Part shown: positions 37,767-52,522 of the stretch, one piece after another
How the letters are laid out: every line of letters starts with the position of its first letter
Numbering within the stretch: the first letter of the stretch is position 1
Source: Chrysomallon squamiferum
Taxonomy: Eukaryota > Animalia > Mollusca
Reading direction: 5' to 3'
Assembly: GCA_012295275.1 (NCBI GenBank)
Contig: CM022679.1
Span: forward strand, 4,712,001 to 4,776,000
DNA length: 64,000 bases
The notes under the pieces: model-generated
What the model saw: the letters and a program-made list of their open reading frames with translations, nothing else
The model's database searches: none
What the model was told of the DNA's origin: nothing
Made by a program: the position numbers and the translations under genes

Positions 37767-40604
37767 ACACACAACTTTGTTATTCTGGTTATTTCATTTT
37801 GTTTAAATATTTGAAATGATTAAACACTAGAATATCACACATTGATATACGGTTTATGGGTTTGTTGTTATGCATATTAAACAGTTTGTGAATATTTTAG
37901 AGAAGTTTTTTAATGCAGGGTTTGGGGATGCTGTTGTTAGTTTATATACAAGTGGTGTTTTATTACTTTGTAAATCAATAATGAAACTATGATCTGTAAT
38001 AGGTGGGTCTCTTAAATTTTACCAAAATCGTGTTTACACAAACACACACATACATACAACACACATAAACACATAGGCAGACCCAGACACACACTCATTC
38101 ATCAACACACATGTACACAGAAACACACATGTACATGCAACACATATAAACACACAGATGTACACAGACACACACACATTCATCAACACACATGTACAAA
38201 CACACATGAACATACAACACATATAAACACATAGATGTACACAGACACATATACATGTACACACAAACACACGTACATGCAACACACACACAGACGTACA
38301 TGGACACACACATTATAATGAAAGCACCCTGTTTTTATAAATTCACACAATAAAGCCCACACACACACACACACACACACATACTGTTTTAATGAAAGAC
38401 CCTGTTTTTTTTTAAAAAGCCCTGTTAATTAAGTTTTTTTCACAGTTAAGTTTAAGCCTAAAATTCACATGTATTAAAATAATGGGTTTATGTCCATTTG
38501 TAACATCCTTTCTGCTTTGATACAAATGTCAAAAACTGCTATTCCACTTTAAATAAACAGATATTAAAAACTACTTTTTTCCAAAACATAAAAAGTTTTG
38601 TAAATATTTATTTTTCTTTTAAACAAACTTGGTAGAATTTTTAAATAAAATATTTTTAAAAAAATTTTGTATAATAATATACAAGTTTTCTTCAAACTCG
38701 ACATAAACTACTTTTTAATAATCTTTATTTCTCTTTTGAACAATTTTCAAAATAAAGATTATATAACATAATTTTAGAAATAATATTTAGCAAAAATACA
38801 GATTAATGAATAAATATTCAGGCAAAAGGCAAAAAAAAAAACATTTTCTGTAAAGAAATTCGCTTCACTGGCTATGTTATGTAATATATAAGATATCAAA
38901 CACTTAAAGCAGGTGATTCATAATGAACAATAAACACTGGTATACAACACTTACTGGTGTGGATTTGGATAAAAGTTTCTACAAAGAATATATATATAAA
39001 ATATATGCTTAATAATGCTGCAGTATATTTTTTAAAACTGTAAGATCACTAATACATTTATTTTTAAATTATGTTTATATAAAATGAATTAATGAATTTA
39101 TTTTTTGGATAATGTTTCAAAATATTTCTTAAAAATGTAAAATTAATTATTGAATTTTCTAAAGTAATGTTTCCAAAAAACATTTTCCTGAAAATGGAAA
39201 ATTATTTATTGGTACTTTTTAAAATAATATTTCCCAAAAATCATTTTCCTAAAAATGGAAAATTATTTATTGAAACTTTTAAAAATAATGTTTCAAAAAA
39301 TATTTTTCTAAATACTGTAATGTCACCAAGATTAACGATTCAGGTAAGTAGCAACTACCTGCATCTAATTAATTAATATTGTTAAAACACTGACTTGTGT
39401 TTGTATATATGTATGTACATTGGTGTGCATGTATGTGTGTGCATGTGTGTATGTGTGTGTATGTGTATGTTTGTATGAGTGTTTATGGGGGTGGGGTGTG
39501 TATCTATGTATGTATGTATGTGTGTATGTGTGTGTATGTGTATGTCTGTATGAGTATGTATGGGGGTAGGGTGTGTATCTCTGTATGTATGTATGTATGT
39601 ATGTATGTATGTATGTGTGTGTATGTATATGTCTGTATGTGTGTATGGGGAGTGGTGTGTGTATCTCTGTATGTATGTATGTATGTATGTATGTATGTAT
39701 GTGTGAGTGTATCTCTATACATACATATTATGAATACATAAAACAAAACAAAAATATGCCACTTACCACTAAACTGTCTGATGGAAAAACTTTTATAACT
39801 TTGTTCACTTGAACCGGCTTTCCCATAGGCAAGCATTCATAAATCGGTGTGTCATCATCATCATCACCATCATCACTTTTGTCATCTTCGTAGAACTGGA
39901 TGATTTTCACCAGAGCGTCTTTCAGAGACTTGCCTGTGTTGGCCTCATCGATGACATGACGTCTGAACTTCAGGATGTCGTCACTGTCGCCACCATACGT
40001 CTTTCTGACGTCATCTTCATCGACACCGAGCAGGATCAAGATGCAAGTGTCGATGCTGAACGACAGCAGCCTTTCTGCAGCAACGTTGTCGAGGAATGTC
40101 GGCGACAGCAGCAGCATCTGGATTTTTGACCTCTCTGCGACTGAGATGGGGTCGCACGTCGCGAGGGGTTGAACCCAGGTGCTCAGGGAGTAGCTTCTGT
40201 CGCCGAGCTTCGATTTGATGAATTCCGCCCACGTCTGTCCGTCTTCTTCGCAGACGATGGCAATCGATGTTGGTGTAGTTGTGGCGCCGTTGTCCGGGAC
40301 GACTTTGTCAGGGCTGCTTTTTGGTGCTACATCAGGTGGCACGTCGGAGGATTTGTTGTCATGGTTACTGTCAGAAGAGGAGGAGGCATTGCTGAGTCTG
40401 TCACTGGGCGTGTCCTCCATGGTTGCGGGCGGGGTCGTTTCACTCACTTTAGCAGATGTGGAAGCTGAGAAACAAAGTAAAACTGCTACAGCAGCCAGTC
40501 TACGAATGAAGGAACAAATGAACGAATGAGTGATGGAGTAAATGAATAAATGAATAACTGCTTAATGGCAGCATTAATAGCTCATTTTAAAACAGAAACA
40601 ATAC

Positions 40605-40635
<31 letters not shown>

Positions 40636-40957
40636 GCTCTTGTTGTTATTATTATTGTTTTAATTTTTACTGTTATTATTATTTTTTTTTTTATTATTGT
40701 TATTGTTGTTGTTATTGTTATTATTACTGTTGTCATTATCATTGTTATTATTACTATTCAAGACTTTTAGACATGTTACCAGTAAATGAGTAATCATTAT
40801 TTTATTATGAAATTAAAAAAAAATTAATATTAGTTATTAGTATCACAATTATTATCATTATCATTTGTCATTATTCTTATTACAGTCTTCATCATTGTTG
40901 TCATCATCATCATCATCATTATTACTCACCGACTTCAGTGGACACAGCAATTCCCAT
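27056..40957 (-). CDS. PIK3AP1: BCAP/PIK3AP1-BANK1-Dof family adaptor, ~776-789 aa. Exons 40957-40930, 40464-39767, 37217-37085, 36908-36642, 36151-35942, 34476-34336, 33863-33786, (32682-32644 optional), 31993-31614, 31243-31127, 30662-30599, 28683-28601, 27939-27898, 27145-27056
   Basis: Phase-consistent GT-AG exon chain. BCAP-type TIR domain (IAIVCEEDGQTWAEFIKSKL...MLLLSPTFL...CILILLGV), DBB domain (KVFPS...LYLLL...LRSLLEDSTSPLTLMCQALGI...LDKKLA), ankyrin repeats (WPTVLHFAAEYNLEHFATELLKYPGMVNAAMTANVREKYPCEIAREKGFASL), then a tail with YVNV, YLNM and YERI ending PNLPLRSDKR*. Exact orthology (PIK3AP1 vs BANK1 vs Dof) is not resolvable from sequence alone. Confidence 0.88.
28700..29190. repeat. 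Compound repeat: TTTTGTCTAAAATAACAG units separated by (CA)n tracts
   Basis: The motif recurs about 7 times between 28720 and 29185 with CA runs between copies. Confidence 0.8.
29195..29540. repeat. 37-bp minisatellite (TGTTTACTGGTATGAATACACACAGACACAATACACA)
   Basis: About 6 clean copies at 29332-29540 and degenerate copies upstream. Confidence 0.85.
36240..36470. repeat. Purine-rich ~17-bp repeat (GAATGGAAGAAAGGGAA) in a BCAP-like intron
   Basis: Direct inspection. It is the source of the spurious F/S/P/L-rich ORF extensions. Confidence 0.8.
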
Positions 40958-41480
40958 TGTTAAATTAACTTCATATCAATAATTTTGTTTAAATAGTTAT
41001 TTATTTACTTATTTAATTTTCATGTTTTTTTTTTTCACTTTCTCTTTTCAGTGACTGTTTCACGTTTGTCAGGACAAGAGTAACCGAAGAAGAGAGCAGG
41101 AAAATAGCACTTGAGAAAAAGTTTTAAAAACAGGAAGTAGTTAGAAGCAATAAGATGTTGTTTTTGTTATTAACTAATTTTTATATATATTTATATATAT
41201 ATATATATATGTATGTATATGTATACACTTTATTTATTTTCTTTTGCCCTCTGACTCTTAATGGGCTAACATGTGAATTACTTTCTGTCAAAATAAACCC
41301 ACAAACAGTGACTTCCTCTACAAATGAAAAATGGAATTAAAATTATTTTGCTGTTTTTTTTTTTTTTTTTTTGTTTTTTTGTTTGTTTGTTTGTTGTTGT
41401 TGTTGTTATTGTTGACAATTATTAATATTAGTAGTGGTAATACCAGGAGTAGAATTTCTTCATTATGATGATGATAGAAA

Positions 41481-41512
<32 letters not shown>

Positions 41513-41809
41513 TATATTATTATTAATTTTTACTAACATTAGTAGTAGAAGAAGTATTATTACTATCATCATCATCACAATTATTATTATTATTTATTAT
41601 TTATTATTATTATTATTATTATCACTAATATTAATATTATCACTATTATTATTATTATTATTATGATAATTATTTACACAGGTATATGTTACTGACTGAG
41701 AATATTACAGGTAAGTGAACTGAACACAGGTGTCAGTAAAGACTAACACAATAATCACTCAAACGTTTCTAATATCACAAAGATCAATCATTCAGGTGAC
41801 TAAACACTC

Positions 41810-41972
41810 CACACCTGATAGACACACCTTATAGATAGATACACCTTACAGATACACCTGATAGATACACCTGATAGATACACCTGATAGATACACCTTA
41901 TAGATATATACACCTTCTAGAGATACACCTTATAGATACACCTGATAGACACAACTGATAGATACACCTGAT
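41810..41972. repeat. Short tandem repeat of GATACACCTGATA / GATACACCTTATA
   Basis: About 11 degenerate 13-15 bp units. Confidence 0.75.
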
Positions 41973-42442
41973 GAATATATATTCAAAAATAATGAATGTT
42001 TTTAAAACATTTAGTTAAAACTCTGCTATTATTATTATTATTATTTTTTTTTTTTTTTTGAAAATGAAGTTTTAATATTTAATGTGAATGAATGAAAACA
42101 ATTATTTGATTCAGTGACCCATAAGTATTTCGAAAACATGAATGCGGTATTAGGTACAAAATAAGTGTCTCTCTGTGTGTGTGTGTGAAACAAAAAACAA
42201 TGAAAGAAGGAGCAGAAAGTTGAAGAGAAATAAAAGGAATAAGACAACAAATTAATTAAGTGAATATCAATAAACAGTTCAGTTTAAATGATAAAATCAT
42301 TACATTCTGAGCCCGAGGTTCTGGTACAGATTTAATGTGGAAAAGAAAAGAAGAAGAAAAAGAGGTCAACTTTTACATATTTATTAACTGGGACACTCAG
42401 AACTACACAGGTAATAATCACTAACACATTTACACATACACA

Positions 42443-42476
<34 letters not shown>

Positions 42477-42635
42477 AAACACCAATACATATGTACCGAT
42501 ATCTACAGATTACATAAAAATATGTATGTGTGCACTGATATATTTATTTACAAGTATTTATATATATATATATGTATGTATATGTGCACTGATATATGTA
42601 TTTACAACATAAGTTTGAATAAATATATGCATGTA

Positions 42636-42670
<35 letters not shown>

Positions 42671-43597
42671 TAGAATGTGTATATGTGTATATTTTAAGCT
42701 ATAAAATAAAAAAGATGAATTATTCATATTAATACTGGTATAAAAATAAAATTAAAAAATGAAATAAAATCAGCGATACCTCGTTTGTGAGATCTCAGAG
42801 AATGCCACACGCCTTTACACATAATCATTTTCTTAAACATCACAAATTCCACAACACTGAACCGTTTTTCACAAAATAAAACTCACAAAATAGCTAAATT
42901 TTTCACAAAGTTAAACTCCGAAATAGCTTTTTTTTTTTTTTAACAAAATAGATTCAAAAAGCAGGTATTTTTTCAGTCACAATTGATTTTTTTTTTTTTT
43001 TTTAATTTTTAAATTTAAATTCTTTTAATTAATAAAATTCAGAAGAAATTATCTTCCCCAATCATTAAAAATTCAGCTAATCACAATAAAATAATGAAAA
43101 AAAAAAAAAAAATCAGCGTTGTTTTTCCTAATCATCAGAAAGACAATAATATCCAAAAATATTCATCAGAACAACAAGAAAACTCCAAAACGGCAAACAA
43201 TTAAAATGAACACTGTAACTCTGTCACCCAACGACCTCACAGAATCGTTAACGACTAACTATAATTACAACTTAAAACCAACTAAATAAGTTTAAACTGG
43301 GAGATTTTACAAAGAAAGAAGACCCTCCTACCTGGTTGAAAGCTGCAGTGAGAGGGAAGTGAAGGGTTTTAAATCTGTCAGAAGTTTTCTGTTGAAGATC
43401 ACAACATGCCTAACACTGGTCACGATCGTTCAAACATTACTTCCTCCTTCAGTGAACAACAATACACACGTCTGTCTATCTATATATCTGCATATGTATC
43501 TGCATATGCACATATACATACATATACATGTATATATTCATTTATATATGTATATATACACACATATTCGTATACATACATACATACATATACATAC

Positions 43598-43670
<73 letters not shown>

Positions 43671-44142
43671 AGTACATGTAAGTACATATATACATATATA
43701 CATATATATTTATACTGGATATATATTCACTGTATTATATGTAGAAAGGATGAGTACAGAATGGACAGCCAATAACAACACTAATAATAATAACAATAGC
43801 AAGTGTAATAACACTAATAATAACAACAATAACAAGTGGAATAACACTAATAATAATAACAATAACAAGTGGAATAACTCTAATAATAATAATAACAATA
43901 ACAAGTGGAATAACACTAATAATAATAATAATAACATCACTCCCAACAACAAGAATAATAAGTAAGTAAATAAGTAAATAAATAAATAAATATAATATAT
44001 TATAATATACGCTAACAGCATACACACCATTTTTATGATTAATGCTTCAAACATTTAACCCAAAAACAAATATTTCAAATAATAATAATAAAAAAGCTAA
44101 CATAAAAACAAACATGAATAAAACTCTAATAAACAACCTTAC

Positions 44143-44146
44143 CCAT
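44143..44146 (-). other. Candidate alternative first coding exon end of the BCAP-like gene (ATG G | gtaagg)
   Basis: Minus strand cacagaaATGG|gtaagg is a strong donor in phase 1, matching the acceptor at 40464 and giving MASTSAKVSETT. Confidence 0.45.
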
Positions 44147-44798
44147 TTCTGTGTCTGACTTGTAAGGAAACTTTTGTTCATATTTTTATTTTATTTTATT
44201 ACTATTAAAATTAAGGAAGAATATTATATTACTTCTGCCAACAGATCAGAGCTTTTTGTATTCTATTGTCCAAGTTAAAGAAAATATGTTTGAAAAGAAT
44301 CTGAAAACATAGATCTATTTGACGAATAAGGAAAACTTTTTGCACAAAGAGCTAGCCACATAATGGATACCATTCACGGTTGAGATGTTTACAGATCTGA
44401 CAGGAATGTTTTAGGGGGGGTGCAGTGGTAATGACAGGAATGTTTTCTGGGTGGAGGAGGGGGTGCAGTGATAATGACAAGGGCAGGGATATGTTGAGAT
44501 GATAGTTATGTTCAAAAGTAAATAAAAGTTTTACAAATTATAATTTAAAAAAAAAATGTATTATTAAATTATTATCATTTGTATTATCATTGTTATTATA
44601 TTATTATTATTATTATTATCATCATTATTATTGTTATTATTATTATTATTAAATTATTATTATTATCATTATTATTATTATTATTATTGTTATTATTATT
44701 ATTATTAAATTATTATTATTATCATTATTATTGTTGTTGCTATTATTATTATTATTATTATATTATTATCATTATTATTATTATCATTATTATTATTA

Positions 44799-44837
<39 letters not shown>

Positions 44838-44838
44838 T

Positions 44839-44885
<47 letters not shown>

Positions 44886-46945
44886 ATTTGAAATAAAAGT
44901 TTAAACAGTGCTGTGAAATACCTGAACTTTATCAGTGTCTGCTGAGTTGAGAAGTTTAACAAAAACCTGACAAAAGAAAAGGAATCAGATTACAATCAGC
45001 AGTGGTCAGTGGGGTCCTTTCATGAATGCCAGGACAACGGTCACTGAGTGAGTGGACAATGGAGGAGGGTGAAACATGATAAGAAACTGAGATAAGAACA
45101 AAGTGATCTCCTGTTTACTGGATCAGTATTCATTCATCCAATAAAGTGGGTCTTTTTTTCCCATTCCAACAAGTCTTTAACAGCTGAACTTTGTAATTAT
45201 TATGAAATGACATATAAAAAATAAATAAATAAATAAATTTTATAAATAAATAATAAAATAAATAAATTAATTAATTAAAAAAAATAATAAATTAAAAAAT
45301 AAAAAGTCCTGGAAATTTATAAAAAATTATGTTGAAAAGCTTTTAAAAATTCACTGATCCTGTGTAGTTAATGAAAATTATTGTGAAATGCTTATTTAAA
45401 AGAAGAAATCCACAACATAATATAAAATATGGAGAAAAAAAGAGAATGTTGACGTTAATGTGTAGTTCACTGTTAACATTTTCAATCTTACGGCAGCAAG
45501 ATATTTAACCAAACTCTCCACATCAGTAATAAATCATTTTCTTCCTAATGTGTAAAGCAAGATGGTTAGTATGTCAATGTATTTTAGATTTTAATATCAA
45601 AAACTGACAACAGAGAACTGATATAAAAAACAAAAAAAACCAAACAACTTGTGGATGTGATTGAAGATAGAAAAACAGAGGAATGCTGAGGACAAATGAA
45701 TGGTGATTGTAAAGAATGTGATAAAGCAAAAAGATAAAACCTGGAAATCGAAATTCAGTGGGGTGTGTCACAGTGACATACAAATACCCCGATACAAACA
45801 GACAGATGTGTGTTTGAGAAACACAAACGTACATACAAACACCCAGACACAGACTTAAAGACAAACACAAATACATATAAACACTTATACATAAAAACAG
45901 AAAACAGAAAACAGAAAGCACACATACATATATATATATATATCTATATCTATATATATATAAATATATACACACACACACACATATATATATATACACA
46001 CACACACATTACACACACACACACACACACACACACATATGTACTCACAGACACACACAAAATTCACAAAATCTACTCCAAGTCATTAAAGTGTATATAT
46101 GGAGCCAGTATGACTCAAACAGATAACACACAAGTGTGTAACTAAACCACTAGCAATTACTGTCAGATATCAAACTGATATCTCACAGAAATGTAACACC
46201 ACTCATACAATTAATACAGATATTACCCACTACAGACTACTACATGATGCGAAACATTATATCCTTATAGTCCTGTGTTTTTGGTGAAGGGTTTCTGGGG
46301 GATAAGTTTATTTTGATGGTTCTTGAAAAGCCAGCTGTTTGACCATCAGGAAGTTATTGCAGTGGACTGTGTTTTGTGTAATGATGTCACTTCATGTTAG
46401 TGATTTTTTAACATACTAACAGTTTTACCTTTCTTTTTTTTTTCTTTTTGGCAACTAATTATGTAATAATGACATCGTTCTAATACAAAAATGTATGACT
46501 TAACACATTTTAGCCATTTTTTTCTATGCTTGAGTCACTGTTTGATTTTCAGAAACACACACACACACACATATATAAAAATGTGCATACATACACACAT
46601 ATATACACAGAAAAACATACACATGCACACATACATTCACTCTTGATGTGTCAATTGTTTTTGTATTCATTACTTCTTCATCTCTCATTCAGCAGCCCTT
46701 GATAACCGTGTCAAAGGTCATGACATGCAGCAGCAACAGAACTCCCTTCCCATGACCCTTGACCCATTGTTACACCTCACAGTCATTGATTAAAGAATGT
46801 GCCTCCTTTAACTGTTTCCTTTGTTCCTTCCTTCCTTCCTTCCTTCCTTTCTTCTTAAGTATGAGCGAAATGAGGAAACAATGATAATCTTTTCTTAAAT
46901 TTTACTTCTTGTTGCTAGTGGTCAGTTTGTTCAAGTATAACGTTG

Positions 46946-46986
<41 letters not shown>

Positions 46987-47205
46987 GGTATATGGTCTGT
47001 TGTTTGATGTATGAATATATGTCGATACATATGTTGTTTAGGATTTTGAATATTCTCTGTCTTATGTATGTCTGATTAGACTGCACATATTTGGGAACTT
47101 ACTGGTGCAGGAGTACATATGTATGTATGTATGTAATTATGTATGTATGTATGAATGTAAGAATGCATGTACATATTATACATGCATTTTTAAAGCAAGT
47201 TAATA

Positions 47206-47236
<31 letters not shown>

Positions 47237-48510
47237 GGAAATATTCTATGTCTCACAGGATGAGAATTTTGCAATTAACTTTAATATCAGCCATTATCCG
47301 GTTTAGAACCAAGAACCAATCACTCTTTAGCTGTATGACTTAACCATTTCACAATGCCATATTGTCAAACGCTAATATTGCAGCCACATTGCTCAGTAAT
47401 TGCCCGTTAATACTAAACTTTGATCTTATAGCAGAAACCAAGGAAACAATTAATTAACATCTAAGATTAAAATTTTTCCCTTCGTTTCCTGCAATTGTAA
47501 ACTTGACCCACTGCAAGGAAAAAAAGAATGTAGAACAAAAGTGTACAGTTACTAATTGTTGTGTGGATAACCTTATTTCCATTGAAGTGGGCCCCGAATG
47601 AAGAAGTAAATTGCATGTAAGTTGTCTAGAAGATAGTATCAATGGCAGCCGTGAACTATTTTGGGAATGAAGTGATCTTTTATTATTATTAATATATATA
47701 TTTTTTTTTTTTTTGCTATTATTTTTTATTTATTATTAAATGTTGTTATTATTGTTGTTGCTGTTTTTGTTGTTGTAGATGTTTATTAATTATTATTATT
47801 AGTACTATTATTATTAAATTATATATATTTTATTTATTTTTATCAAATTCAATTTGTCTTTTTCTGATTTATTTATGTAGAACAAGTTTATAAAATACAT
47901 TTAAATAATTAAAAATAAATTAAAATAAAGTAAGGTAATTGAAATGAAAGGTAATTGAAAAACAAAACAAAATATTAAAAAACGAGATGTTCTTAACAAA
48001 ATAACAACAACAACAAATTTTAAAAACAAAACAAAATATTAAAAAACAAGATTATACACTGCACATCAAGAAGCTAAATAATTTGAAGAAAAAAAAACGA
48101 AGATTTATTTGACGAGCAAATAAACAATGGTGCACTTAGCAAACAAAAACTGAGAAAGATTTGTAAACCAATCCCTGATTACTGGGCAGGTTTAAGTTGA
48201 GTTTAAGCCGAACAACAAACAGATGATTTTCTTCACTGTAAATATTTTCTCTCAACCTGTCCCCACCCACCCACCCCCCCGCTGACAACAACATGACATG
48301 CCTCAGGTAACACGCGAAACCTGTAACGAGTTAAGAAGTGCACAATCACTTGTGAATCGGCTTCTGTCAGGTTCTGTGACTCTCGGTTTCGTTAACTCAC
48401 CTTTCCAGGTTGCTTTAACACCTGATGCAGGTATGTAGCTGTTTGGTGAATAACCTGACTGTGTGATGTACACAACTTCACATGATAAACATACTTCTTA
48501 CTTAGGGGAA

Positions 48511-48546
<36 letters not shown>

Positions 48547-48768
48547 GGAAAAAAAAATGAAGTCACCTGTTTGGCCCTTTAGCAACACCTGATAAAGAGA
48601 TGAGAAAGAAACAAATACTTAGTTTTCTGAGACACTTGGTATCGTATTAGCCTGTCACCCTTTCAGTTGACACCGATATACGGATTAGAAAGGAAACCAG
48701 ATGATGTGAACGGCTGATCTTTTCAGATTAGCTGTAAGAGATATTTCACAGAGACCTCCAAGTAGCAG

Positions 48769-48799
<31 letters not shown>

Positions 48800-48884
48800 C
48801 ACAGACTTACATATGCACACACACTTCACAGATTCTGTCTTTCTGTCATTACAAATATAAACATGTACAAATAGTGACATGGAT

Positions 48885-49285
<401 letters not shown>

Positions 49286-51004
49286 CTTCTTACAAAAACA
49301 CACACTTTCTATTCTTGGATTGTGCTATCAGAACAAGGAAGTAAACTTTCGTTCAAAAAAGAAAATATCTTCTAACCAGTAATACCCAATCCAAACCTGT
49401 TTTCCTGTTTACCTTTCACAAACATACACACAGACACACGCCCATTTACACAATGTATTTATTTAATAACCCTTTTTAGCACATACGTCAAAACATTTAA
49501 TACTGAATTGAAAAATAATCTACAAGCACAGCTTTTCACATTGTATTTTGACTGCTAGAAGTTTGTTTTTTTTGTTTGTTTTTTTTAAAATATTATATCT
49601 GTTTAATTCATATACCACTTTCTGACATCTGTTAAGTGATATATTTGAGCTTTAGCATTCATTTTTTTCATACATATATTTTTTCATTTTTTTCTTCATT
49701 CATTTTTTCATTCATTCATTCTTCATTCATTCTTTTGTTTGTACATTTATTCATTCTGTCATTCATACATTCTATTACTCACTAATTATTCATTCCGACA
49801 ATCTTTCTACAGAAACACATTCATCAGTCAATCATTCATTTATTATGTTTTTTTTTCTCTTTATTCTTCTTTTGTTCTCGTTCGTTTTATTACTTAATGA
49901 TGATACATAAGACAAAAACACCCCCCATCCCCTGCTACACTCATTTTTTTTTTTTTTAAAGTATCTTTTAATATTTTCTGGTTAAACAAGTTTCTGTTAC
50001 CCAGCATGCTTCAGGCAAGGAGTCAGTAAGTAAAGAAAAACCCATCCTAGGTTTGTAAAAAAAAAAAAAAAAAAAAAAGTATTAACACAGTTTATTCCAG
50101 TGACACACATACACACGTACTGAGTGACTCACAGACAATATAGTTTAATACTTACACACATACATACATACATACATTGAAGCATACATACAACCGAACA
50201 AACATTATATACTTAGACACTCAAACAAACATTCATATATATGTATGTACATACATACATACATACATACATGGATACAAACACACACACAGACATTTAT
50301 AAATACATACATATATACATACATACATACATACATACATACTTATAACAACTTTTATAGTCACTACCTCCTTAAACCTGTCTCTAGAAAACTTCCAACC
50401 CACCCTAAAAACTAAAAAAAAAAAATCAACAAGCAAACAAATCAAACAAATCAATCAATCAATCAGATAATCAATAAAAAAAAAAAAAAAGTATTCTCAT
50501 AAATAAAATAATGAAGACAGGGGGTTTGAAAAGACAAAAGATTTACTTCCTCTGTGCATGGGGTTAGACAATCTCTTTGTAATCAGAGCTCTGCTGTCAA
50601 TACCACTGTCACAGATAAGTTCAGATCTTTTGTAAAGTGACATGTCATTTCAGTGAGTGGCCATAGATTTGTATAGATAATGATTTTATTAATGTTAACG
50701 TCTCTGTGTGTTACGAGAGTGCAGATATAAATAATGGAAACAAGATATATAAACTCACCACACATGTACGTAGATATATACATAGATATATACATACATA
50801 CACACACACACATGCATACATACATACATACATACACACACGCACATACATACATACATATACATACATAATACATAAATACATACATATATACATATAC
50901 AAGAGACAAACATAAATATACATTCATATAAGCATATACATTTACTTCTATCTCACAATTTAAATGACTATTCATATTATGAGTACACCAGTATGTTCAC
51001 ATGT

Positions 51005-51061
<57 letters not shown>

Positions 51062-51546
51062 CAGACTTAGACACATGTTTGATACCTTCAAATATTTTAC
51101 CAGCACAAATCACACATGGAGTATATAAATAACTCTTTGTATGACAGCTATTTCTATAAAAAACATTCAGATACACACAACACAAGCAAATAACAGCCTA
51201 AACAACTTATGAATTAATAAACAGTAATATTTCCATTCTAGCTGTAGTAGGTCACTTTCTTATCCAACCCAGCACTGCAGAACTACTTTATATAAATTAA
51301 TAAAAGGAGTTGGTTGGGGGTGGGGTTTTTTGGGGGGGGTATTTCTGAGGGGGGGGGGGGGACTGGCTGTGGCTCTGTGATTATAATGTCCAGTTCAGAC
51401 ACAAGGATTCATGGGATCAGTTCTCTGCAGTGCTGTGAATCAGTAACAACAGCCACACAATAAACAGTATCTGATTCTAGTTCTTCTGATGTCATTATTT
51501 TAGCATGGGTAAAGAGATAAGTGAATACGGATCTGTTGTACAAAGA

Positions 51547-51886
51547 CAGGCTGAGAATCCCATTATCGAAAATGCTAGGAACTGTAAGAGTTTAGGATTT
51601 CAGAATTTTTCAGATTTTGGAATTTTTTTGATTTTTTGGAATGTAAAGAGACAGCCTAAGAACAGAATCAAAATCTAAAAACCTACTCCATTCTTATTTT
51701 TCATGAACAGCTTAAACAGACATGTAATATTTTAAATTATTTTTTTGGGAATAAAATAAAGTTTGTGTAGGCAACAGCAACCTGTAAACTGTAAGATATC
51801 ACTATTTCTGCTGCTGAGAAAAGACTTTTTTTTTATTTCGGAGCTTTTCAGATTTTTTTAATTTTGGACAAATGAACGTCAACCTG
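51547..51886. mobile_element. pogo/Tigger-type MITE (Tigger4/MER46-like), copy 1
   Basis: Inverted ends CAGGCTGA...TCAACCTG with TA on the right. The internal signature ATCCCATTATCGAAAATGCTAGGAAC...GGATTTCAGAATTTTTCAGATTTTGGAAT is mirrored by TTTCGGAGCTTTTCAGATTTT at the right end. A second copy occurs at 60662. Confidence 0.65.
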
Positions 51887-52169
51887 TATTATTTGTATTA
51901 ATGGTTAACAAGAAAAGAGTTATGTTGTAAAGATAGAGTCACAGCAATGTCAAGTGTTGTAATGACAACAAAAGATACTCTTTTAACTGACAGCAAGGTA
52001 TCTGTAAAAGGCACCCTTTTAAAGAAAGCACATATTACGACTTTTGATTAAAAAAAAAAATTACAAAGAAGTGAAAATATATTTAAAACAAATATACAAT
52101 AATATATACATATATATTCAAATATATATTCATACACACATACACACATAATATATACATACAAATGTG

Positions 52170-52249
52170 CATATACACATACATACATACATACATACAT
52201 ACCTACACACCTACATACATACACATACATACATACATACCTTCACACC

Positions 52250-52281
<32 letters not shown>

Positions 52282-52327
52282 CATACATACATACATACAT
52301 ACATACATACATACATACATACATACA

Positions 52328-52361
<34 letters not shown>

Positions 52362-52522
52362 CATACATACATACATACATACATACATACATACATACAT
52401 ACATACATACATACATACATACATACATACATACATACATACCTACATACATACATACATACATACATACATACATACATACATACATACATACATACAT
52501 ACATACATACATACATACATAC
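52170..52522. repeat. (TACA)n tetranucleotide microsatellite
   Basis: Direct inspection. Confidence 0.97.

Noticed and set aside
43750-43965. Asn-rich repeated ORF (KWNNTNNNNNN)
   Set aside because: AAT microsatellite-derived ~30-bp repeat with no splice or codon support.
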